A stretch of DNA of 62,460 nt, counting the filler, from Pirum gemmata (taxonomy: Eukaryota), in the NCBI GenBank assembly GCA_002812295.1. It is 17 parts of 17 records of this genome, joined end to end, with 100 filler letters (N's around TTAATTAATTAA, not from the genome) between each part and the next. Parts side by side here need not be neighbours in the genome. Positions count along the whole stretch, not along the records: positions 50,051 to 55,356 come from PDIN01002479.1; positions 55,457 to 58,884 come from PDIN01002480.1; positions 58,985 to 62,460 come from PDIN01002481.1; 14 more parts are not named here. One strand, written 5' to 3'. Positions within the stretch are counted from its first letter, which is position 1, and each line of letters begins with the position of its first letter. A program made the position numbers and the translations under genes. Shown one piece after another: positions 53,684 through 62,460 of the stretch. The notes beneath the pieces are model-generated. The model made no database searches and was not told the origin of the DNA. It saw only the letters and a program-made list of their open reading frames with translations.

Positions 53684-55049
53684 AATAATTTTATACTAAG
53701 CTTAATTAAGATTCTAATGATTGATGCCAATATACTAGCGCTTTTCAGTTGTTTTGTCATCATAAAATTTACAATAAAAAGTATCAAATTAATACAATAT
53801 AATTCCATTTAATTTAATTTAAATTTGGTATATTTTATTATCTATTTATTAATTTAAAAATGTCAATTGGAAGGTTATAACCCTCAGAGTAACAAAATAA
53901 ATGAAAGAAAGTACTTTTGGACTTTAATATATTTATAATGGAAATAATTATGAGTGTAGGCCCTGGGGGTTACGGTGGAACAACTTTATTGATAAAAATT
54001 GTAAACACTTTGTAAACATTGTAAACACTTTGTAAACATTTTGTAAACCATAATTATTCTCCCCGCTTACTTCCAAAAGTTCAAATTAGAGTTGTAGAGT
54101 GTTGTACATGTAGTCTTAAACTAGGTGGATGCTTATTATCCTTCCTTTTTTTTTTACAAAACTTTTCTTTATAATCAAAAATTATTATCGTTAACAACTT
54201 TCGACATTTATTTTTTTACTTTATTAATTAAAAAAAAAAAATATTTAATTATTATAATATAAATAATAAATAATAAAAATGAGTTGTTCTCCTTCATATA
54301 TTAATGCACAAAATGTAAATCCATTTATTTTTCAAAGTATTAGTTCTTATATTTACTGTTCCATTATGATCCTGAGGATAAAATCAACAAAACTGAACTT
54401 CAAAATAAGCAAAAGTATTTTTAAAAGATATATATTAGTCTCTGGTCATAGTCACTCTGTAAAAAATTAATTTATTTTTAATTCGAATTGATATCATATT
54501 ATTAATATTATTATGTCATTATTATTATTATTGTTATCATTATTGNNNNNNNNNNNNNNNNNNNNNNNNNNNNNNNNNNNNNNNNNNNNNNNNNNNNNNN
54601 NNNNNNNNNNNNNNNNNTATAACTAATTCGGAATGTTTTGTTTATGAAAATAACCCAATTTGCACTTGTTTAGTTGTGCTAATATATATTATTTAAATTT
54701 ACGAATCAAAAACGATTACATCTTAAAATCACATCTGTTTTCATAATAATTATCAAATAAAAATTCAGATTACCAAAAAAGGATAAAACAGTCTCCAAAT
54801 ATGGTGGGTTTTACACCAATTAATACGCTTATATTATCATTTTTATGTTTTTTACAAACGAACAAGTTCGAACCAGTCATTGGATTTCATTTCGATCAAA
54901 TTTTCAGAAACTAAAACTCGAACCGAAGAATGCGAACCGAACGAACTGAATTTGTGTCGAAAATGGGAAGTTTCGAGTCAGAGTTTAACCTTTTTTAAAA
55001 CAAGATTATAATAATATACACATTATTATTTTAATTATTATTATTATTA

Positions 55050-55090
<41 letters not shown>

Positions 55091-55777
55091 AAAATATTAT
55101 TATTATTATTGAATGTAACGCCAATTTCCAGTCAAATACAGCTTCAAATACCCCTATCTACCTACCCCTTAACGTTAATTTCTGGTCAAATACCACCTAC
55201 CTACCTACCCCTTGACGTGACGTATTAGGGTGGTGTTTAAGGTTAGCGGTGAGTTTAGGGTCTGAAAAAGCTTCGAGTATTAAATTTCGAGTCATTAATT
55301 GTTTTTTTTAAAAAAAAAAAAAAAATATTATATTTTTTTTTTTCGAGAGATTTTTTNNNNNNNNNNNNNNNNNNNNNNNNNNNNNNNNNNNNNNNNNNNN
55401 TTAATTAATTAANNNNNNNNNNNNNNNNNNNNNNNNNNNNNNNNNNNNNNNNNNNNACAAAACAACAAAACAACAAAACAACAAAACAACCAACCAAATG
55501 ACCAAACCAACCAACCAACCAATAACCATACAGACAAACAGACAGTGTCAGACACACAAACAACGCACTGTGAAACACTGTGAAACAAAAATCAAAAAAA
55601 TCCATTTTGAACATAGTTTCTGTTTCTGAAATACCTTATTCTACCCATGACGCTATTATTCGTTTTTTAAAGTTCGAACAAAACTAATTGTTAATAATAT
55701 TCGAAAAAACTTTTATGTATAGAAGGAGTATAGAAGGGGGGGGGGGTTCATTAAAAAGAAAAAATTATAACCAATTA

Positions 55778-56055
55778 GGGAGCGTTCAATAATTACATAA
55801 CGCCGATTTGGGACAAAAACCTACCCTACTACCCCCNNNNNNNNNNNNNNNNNNNNNNNNNNNNNNNNNNNNNNNNNNNNNNNNNNNNNNNNNNNNNNNN
55901 NNNNNNNNNNNNNCCCCTCATGTTATATATAGGGTATTTTTTTTTTGCGTTATGTCATATTACGAAAACCTACCCCCCTACTGCGTCATGGCCTGTCACA
56001 AAAATCCGGCCCCCCCTACCTACCCCCCAGCGTTACGTAATTATTGAACGCTCCC
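55778..56055. mobile_element. PIF/Harbinger (Tourist-like) MITE with TTA TSD
   Basis: TTA|GGGAGCGTTCAATAATTACATAACGC...GCGTTACGTAATTATTGAACGCTCCC|TTA (26-bp TIR, 1 mismatch). Related remnant ends at ~21240. Confidence 0.9.
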
Positions 56056-56159
56056 TTATATGATATTATCCTGTTAAAAAAAAGTCAGAGGCCAATAATA
56101 GAACTTTTGGTCTTTTATTTTAACTTCATTGGTCAACCTTTTGATTTTAGAATAGGGTA

Positions 56160-56289
56160 TAATTTCTTAGGTATAATTTTTTATTTTAATGGGTAGAAAA
56201 ATGGTATCATATAATTTTTTATTTTAATGGGTAGAAAAATGGTACCATATAATTTTTTATTTTAATGGGTAGAAAAATGGTACCATATA
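56160..56289. repeat. Three tandem ~36-bp units (ATAATTTTTTATTTTAATGGGTAGAAAAATGGTA(C/T)CAT)
   Basis: Direct inspection. Confidence 0.85.
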
Positions 56290-56296
56290 CTGAATC

Positions 56297-56531
56297 AGTA
56301 GGGGTGAGATATCCACTGGAACTTTTTTCGAACAGATATTTATCAAGCCAACCTTAGTTCCGTGTTTCTTACTAATAATAGCAGTTAAATAGCTTAAAAT
56401 AGTAAATCTAATTATAGTAGATACCAAATAAAATAATAATATTAACATTAATAGTAATAAATACCATAAAAAATCGGAAAAGTTCCAGCAGCTGTTCGGT
56501 AATAATAAAATGACGTCATCTCACCCCTACT
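56297..56531. mobile_element. MITE family C, full-length 235 bp, 8-bp TSD (ACTGAATC)
   Basis: TSD at 56289-56296 and 56532-56539; truncated copies at ~56930-57135 and ~58058-58252. Confidence 0.92.
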
Positions 56532-56647
56532 ACTGAATCCTAGATGAATCTGTGTGCATAAACGAGTACTTTTTCCTCAAAAACAACTTTCAAGCTTATA
56601 AACAACTACATATATTTGATTTTTTAAACGAAAAACCGAGTTATGGG

Positions 56648-56708
<61 letters not shown>

Positions 56709-57195
56709 GGGTAGAATACTGAAAATAAAAATATTTTTTTTCTAAAATTTTATGGGGCAGAATTGAAGAAACCTGAAAGGAAACAAACAAAACAACCAAT
56801 TATATAGAAGTAAAAGAGAAGCTTTGAAAAAATAATATTAGTATTTCTATATATGTCTTACGAATTTCTCTATCATTTGTTAAAAAATATCTTTTTTATG
56901 TAAATATAGTATAACATATTTATTTTATTTTTTTTCGAACACATGCTTATCGAGCCAACTTTAGTTCCGTGTTCCTTACTAATAATAGCAGTAAAATAGC
57001 TTAAAATAGTAAATCTAATTATATTAGATACCAATTAAAGTAATAATATTAACATTAATAGTAATAAAACCATAAAATCGGAAAAGTTCCGGCAGCTGTT
57101 CGGTAATAATAAAATGACGTCATCTCACCCCTACTCCAAAATATGATATTTACTAATACCATGCTAATAACTTTTTTAAAGTTAAAAACCAGTAC

Positions 57196-57507
57196 TAGAC
57201 TTCTCCGAATTCTGCCCCTAAAACTCGACTTTCTGCCCTTGCCTTCTGCCCCGAAAAGCTCGATTTCTGCCGAGCAGAATTTCTGATCTGTTTGGTCTGT
57301 TCGAAATTAATTTTTTCGAGTTTATTAATAAATAAATAGTTTTGAAAATTTCGAGTTTATATTTTATAGTGGTAGAATCAATCTCCTTTTTTTTTTTCAA
57401 AAAATTAATTTTTGATCGAGTTAGAGAGGAAAAACACTGGAAAAACACCATTTTGTCATTTCTCGAAAAAGGCCAAATTCTGCCCGGGCAGAATTCGGAG
57501 AAGTCTA
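57196..57507. mobile_element. hAT-type MITE, 312 bp, perfect 22-bp TIR, 8-bp TSD (ACCAGTAC)
   Basis: ACCAGTAC|TAGACTTCTCCGAATTCTGCCC...GGGCAGAATTCGGAGAAGTCTA|ACCAGTAC, with subterminal TTCTGCC repeats. Confidence 0.92.
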
Positions 57508-59331
57508 ACCAGTACTAATAACTCAAAACCCCGATAACTCTGCATGCTTTTCAGTTAATACAATATAAATTCATTTTACATTTATTTATTTGAAAGTATC
57601 AATTTAAATATTATAAACAACCAAATAAATGTTCAGAGTGACAAAATAAATGAAAAGCACAACAACTATGATTACTTTTGGCTGTGCCAGTATGAAGTTA
57701 TTTTGCCGTCATAAAAACACAATTAATACAATATATAAATCCATAAATTACTAATGTTCGAAATTTTTTATTTAGTTTAGAAAATTAGACATTTCTTTTA
57801 AAAAATAACTATTTGATTTGTACCAAATGATATTATACCATACCTCTGTGCTAGAGAGGTACCAGCAGTACTGGTAGTATACATAGTGCTCTGCTATACT
57901 AACTCCTCCCTACTAACCCTACGCTATAGTTAGCTAGACCTTGCTAGCAGCTAACTCTAGAGTCTAACCTCTGATCCTACTCCTAAACCAACGTTTTGGA
58001 CACGAGGGGTTTGTCTCCATTAGCAATTATTATTATTTTTTAAATTCTTGCGTGGTGGAACTTTTCCGATTTTATGGTTTTATTACTATTAATGTTAATA
58101 TTGTTACTTTAATTGGTATCTACTATAATTAAATTTACTATTTTAAGCTATTTAACTGCTATTATTAGTAAGAAACACGGAACTAAGGTTGGCTCGATAA
58201 AAGCATCAGATTTCTGTTCGAAAAAAGTTACAGTAGATATCTCACCCCTACTGTTATTATTGTAATTTTTTTAAAATAATTACAATATTAATAGCCTAAA
58301 CCTAATAATTTATATATCGTATACGTAGTATATCGTAGCGTTGACTTTTTTTGTTTCAAGCCGCTAGTCTATAATATTACATAATAGTAATGTTAAAATA
58401 AAAACTATAGTTAGTCTTAATTAATGCTTATATATTACGATATTATGTTATCTCCAGGGTATCCTGACCCCTCGGATCATCTCCGGTTCCGGCCCACCAC
58501 CAATGCCACCACCTTCGATTTAACCTTTTGTATTGCATATATTAATAACATGTAGTACAATTTTCCATATTATTAAAAAAATAAAAAAGTTCTAATTACC
58601 TAATACGTATGTACGTACGGTGTTTTTTGTCGATTTAACGCATCCAATGTATACAAAGAGTTCACGACAGCAAAGTCATTAGTAACGATCATTCGGGGGT
58701 CTTTGATATTTTTTATAAAATAGTAACTAAAATAACAACAATTATAATGATAAAAAGAATTCGAAGTAACAATAGCAGCAAGAACAAGAACAAGCACAAG
58801 AACAAGAACAATCACAATCACAACAACAACATCATCAACACATATACAACAACAACAACAACAACAACAACAATAACAACAACANNNNNNNNNNNNNNNN
58901 NNNNNNNNNNNNNNNNNNNNNNNNNNNNTTAATTAATTAANNNNNNNNNNNNNNNNNNNNNNNNNNNNNNNNNNNNNNNNNNNNTAATAATAATAATAAT
59001 AAAATTAAAAATTATAATTAAAAAGGTATACAATCAAATCAACAATATCAACAGTATATAATATAATTCTGATTATAATAATAATTGTTTACGTGATAAT
59101 AATAATAAAAACAAAGGCTTAAATTTTGAAATCATTATATTTTAAAATAATAATAATAATAATAATTATTATTATTATTATTATTTATTAGTATTTATTA
59201 GTATTTATCATTATTGTTATTTATTATTTATTATTTATTATTTATTACAAAATATTTAAGTACTAAATATAAATAAAATAATAAAAATACTAGTAAATAA
59301 TAATAAATTATAATAATTAATTTTTTTAATT

Positions 59332-60972
59332 ATGACGACCCCCAACAAGGTAGAAGAATGTCCAGCGTTAGGGTTGGAACCCTTTGACACCAAAAGCGTT
59401 AGTACCAGTATAGATTACATCAAGCACAACAAAGATGGTGAGAAAGGTGCTGGTGTATTGAAAGTTATTTTCAACTTATTAGCTTTATTAGTTGGTATTG
59501 GTATGTTATCTTTGCCTGACGCTATGACCCAAACGGGTTGGATATGTGGAATAATATCAATAATACTCGCAGGAGTACTTAGTTTGTATTGTGGGATTTT
59601 ACTACAACGATGTGCATTAGAAGGTAAACTAAAAAGAAATGATGTTGTTGATGATGATGATGATAATGATGATGTTGATTTAATAGAAACTTATCCACAA
59701 ATCGGAGAAGCCGCTGCTGGTTTATTTGGGAAAATTATGGCAAGCTTTGGGGCTTACGGTACTAGTTTGGGTTCTGCGATTTTGTTTATCGTGTTAGCTG
59801 TAGAACAATGTAAAGTCTTATTTGGAGAAGATGTATTAAAAACTTATCAATGGGGTTTGATTTTTATTGGTTGTTTGTTGCCATTTGCTTTCATTAAAAG
59901 TTTAAACCATGTTGCCCCTATCGCGATTTTAGGAGCATCGTCCGCCGTGGTGATGTTTATCGTAGTGATTATTTATAGTTTCGTGGAATTGTCGGCCGGT
60001 AATGTTAATGAAATGAATTATGGTGTTATTGAACATAATGTATTTCCTCCAAGTGCTAATGAATTGGCGAAAGGGTACGTTACTATTGCTTTTAGTTATG
60101 GTGGAGCTTGCGTTTTTCCAGAAATTATGCGAGTCATGGCCATTCCCAGTCGTTTCCAATACGCTTATATGATAAGTACGGGTATTGCCACTTTTATTTA
60201 TTTAAACATTTCTATTGTGACTTACGCTATTTACGGTAATTATATTAGTAGTAAATCCAGTATTGTTAATGTATTACCTGATAGCTGGGCTACAAAGATA
60301 GTAGCAGTGATGATTTTGTTGCATTTACTTTCTGGGTTTCTTTTATTACTTAACCCAGTTTTTAGAGAGTTAGAAAGTCTATTTAAAATCGAACAAACTT
60401 GTCCTGTTGGCTCAATGAAAAAGGAATATATTGGTCGTGTCATTATTAGAAGCGTGCTTATAGGGTTGTGTTATTTTATTGCCGTAGCAATTCCATTTTT
60501 TGGGTCAGTTATGGCTTTGGTTGGAGCTACTACCGTTAGTTTATCATCCTTTGTATGTCCTTGTTGGTTTTACTTGGCCTTATTTTGGCCTAAAAAATGG
60601 TGGACATGGAGATCCCTTTTCAAAAGTAATAATAATGATAATAAGAATAAGAATAAGAATAATACTAGTAGTGATATTAATGATAATAACCAACAAAAAC
60701 ATAAAAAAAAACTAGAAACAGATGAGGAAGAGTTTGAAAACTTAGAATTTGTTTTTACTGTTGATAATAGTGAAGTTGGTGATCATGATAACTATGACAC
60801 TAAAACTTGTAACACGGGTGTGGAAGCAAGAGGTAGAAGAGAAATAACTAAGGTTGAAGCAATAGTTGTCTTTAGTATTATGATCTTCTCTATTTTCGTT
60901 GGGATAATAGGAACTGTACAATCTGTACAAGCTATTGCTAATGCTTTCAAAAATGCTACTTTTTTTACTTGA
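59332..60972 (+). CDS. Amino acid/auxin permease (AAAP, Aa_trans) family transporter
   Basis: Intact 546-aa multi-TM ORF with motifs FNL...VGIGMLSLP.AM...GW..G, TYPQIG.AA.G, AFSYGG...FPEI...M..P..F and IPFFG.VMALVGA. Confidence 0.93.
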   Translation: MTTPNKVEECPALGLEPFDTKSVSTSIDYIKHNKDGEKGAGVLKVIFNLLALLVGIGMLSLPDAMTQTGWICGIISIILAGVLSLYCGILLQRCALEGKLKRNDVVDDDDDNDDVDLIETYPQIGEAAAGLFGKIMASFGAYGTSLGSAILFIVLAVEQCKVLFGEDVLKTYQWGLIFIGCLLPFAFIKSLNHVAPIAILGASSAVVMFIVVIIYSFVELSAGNVNEMNYGVIEHNVFPPSANELAKGYVTIAFSYGGACVFPEIMRVMAIPSRFQYAYMISTGIATFIYLNISIVTYAIYGNYISSKSSIVNVLPDSWATKIVAVMILLHLLSGFLLLLNPVFRELESLFKIEQTCPVGSMKKEYIGRVIIRSVLIGLCYFIAVAIPFFGSVMALVGATTVSLSSFVCPCWFYLALFWPKKWWTWRSLFKSNNNDNKNKNKNNTSSDINDNNQQKHKKKLETDEEEFENLEFVFTVDNSEVGDHDNYDTKTCNTGVEARGRREITKVEAIVVFSIMIFSIFVGIIGTVQSVQAIANAFKNATFFT

Positions 60973-61438
60973 TTAAAAGTTGATTTTATTTTAATTTTAA
61001 AGACAGTCTTTAAGAACTATATAATTATATAAAATGCTACTTATAATTAACGCTAATAAATTTTACTAGTTTAATAATTAATTAAAGTTTTATTTATTAT
61101 TATTTTTTATTTTTTCATTTTTTTATTTAATTATAAATATCTACATTGTTAGAAATGATTGTTATTTGCAGTTGTTATTAAATTTTGACATCAACACCAT
61201 CCATAATAATCATTGTCAAATCATTTATTAATTATAATATAAAGCGTTAGGGTTAATTAATAAGGTTTAATAGGGTTAATAGGGGTTAGTGGTTAATAGG
61301 GGTTATATATAATTATCAAGGTTGCTGGAATAGGTTTTTTTTTTCTTTTTTCTTTTCTGGGATTCTTGTATCATAAGTATCAAAAATTATGTATATATAC
61401 ATTATATAAATAACCAAAAATTTGCTATATAATAAAAA

Positions 61439-62045
61439 AGGTTAGGGTTAGGGTTAGGGTTAGGGTTAGAGGGTTAGGGTTTGGTTTAGGCATTGTTAGA
61501 GTTAGGATTAGGATTAGGTTAGTGTTATTTAGGCTAAGGGTTAGGGTTAGGGTTAGGGTTAGGGTTAGGGTCAGGGTTAGGGTTAGGGTCAGGGTCAGGG
61601 TCAGGGTTAGNNNNNNNNNNNNNNNNNNNNNNNNNAGGGTTAGGGTTAGGGTTAAGGTTAGGGTTAAGGTTAGGGTTAAGGTTAGGGTTAGGGTTAGGGT
61701 TAGGGTTAGGGTTAAGGTTAGGGTTAAGGTTAGGGTTAGGGTTAGCTAGGGTTAGGGTTAGGGTTAGGGTTAGGGTTAGGGTTAGGGTTAAGGTTAAGGT
61801 TAAGGTTAAGGTTATAATTAAGGTTAAGGTTAAGGTTAGGATTTAGGTTAGAGTTAAAAGGTTAGAGTTAATAGGGTTAAGGTTAAGGTTAGGACCAGGG
61901 TCAAGGTTAGCTATAAGGTTAGGGGTCATGGTTAGGGTTAGGGTAACAAGGGTTAGCTATATATGGATTTTAAGGTGTTGTTGTTAGGGTTATTAGGGTT
62001 AGGGTTAGGGTTTTTTGGGGTTAGGGTTAGGGTTATTATGGTTAG
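61439..62045 (+). repeat. Long TTAGGG array with TTAAGG/TCAGGG variants
   Basis: Direct inspection; followed by non-telomeric sequence, so interstitial. Confidence 0.92.
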
Positions 62046-62348
62046 CTATAGGTAGTGAAAGGTAATACGTTTTTCACCTCTTCAATTTCACTTAAAATAC
62101 ATGGGTACATCATACATGAGGGTACATGGTTTTCGTTTAGTTATTTTTAAGCCATTCTCTTTTTTTTTTGATTATAGTTCTGAGAACTGTTCTGAGTTTT
62201 TCTTATTATTTTTTTTGGATAAAAATGGACTTTAGAAAAATGGTGACATCCGCCATAAGCTCAAAAATGTAAAAAATCTCAAAAGTAAAATCTACTACAA
62301 TAGTAAGTTCTACTACCAAATTTTGAGAATTTGTCTATAGGAGAATAA

Positions 62349-62387
<39 letters not shown>

Positions 62388-62392
62388 ATTAA

Positions 62393-62430
<38 letters not shown>

Positions 62431-62460
62431 GGTTGGTTAGTTAGTTAGTTAGTTAGTTAG
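62349..62460. repeat. (TTAG)n tetranucleotide microsatellite
   Basis: Direct inspection. Confidence 0.95.

Larger units (their letters stand above)
3467..58984. other. 16 artificial contig spacers (44 N + TTAATTAATTAA + 44 N)
   Basis: Identical six-frame-stop linker starts at 3511, 7097, 10641, 14242, 17844, 21445, 24981, 28553, 32074, 35643, 39243, 42824, 46423, 49995, 55401 and 58929. Plain N gaps without linker at ~54546, ~55836 and ~61611. Confidence 0.98.

Noticed and set aside
58458..58730. Small exon-like pieces (GSGPPPMPPPSI* on plus; KDPRMIVTNDFAVVNS on minus)
   Set aside because: Too short and cannot be linked into a gene model.
3467..58984. Regularly spaced identical TTAATTAATTAA motif (~3.6-kb period)
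   Set aside because: Always centred in 44+44 Ns: an assembly linker between similarly sized contigs, not biology and not a CRISPR-like array.
946..62045. Nearly all TTAGGG arrays lie on the + strand
   Set aside because: Only about seven independent contigs, whose orientation is set by the assembler; small opposite-strand tracts exist (17700-17782, ~37620).

Overview
Very AT-rich eukaryotic draft-genome sequence made of 17 short segments (mostly ~3.5 kb) joined by 16 artificial 100-nt spacers (N44-TTAATTAATTAA-N44), so synteny across spacers is meaningless. Recognisable genes: a Tim17 gene whose second exon is not Tim17-like, a fungal-type lysophospholipase/phospholipase B (3 exons, truncated), a Pho80/Pcl-type cyclin and an AAAP amino-acid transporter. 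Also present: a disrupted LRR + Cys-rich + TM receptor with a triple YxxL (ITAM-like) tail and tandem broken copies, a secreted Pro-rich/coiled-coil protein, and several orphan low-complexity proteins. Intergenic DNA is dominated by at least seven families of short non-autonomous DNA transposons: TA-flanked, TTA-flanked Harbinger-like, two with exact 8-bp target-site duplications, and a ~1.9-kb foldback element. It also carries interstitial TTAGGG arrays and microsatellites. A peculiar TAGCTA/TATCGATA/TAGACCCC-rich filler looks like accumulated transposon excision footprints. Gene content and TTAGGG repeats suggest an opisthokont protist, possibly a unicellular holozoan such as an ichthyosporean; this is inference only. 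No rRNA, tRNA, CRISPR array or intact transposase was seen.
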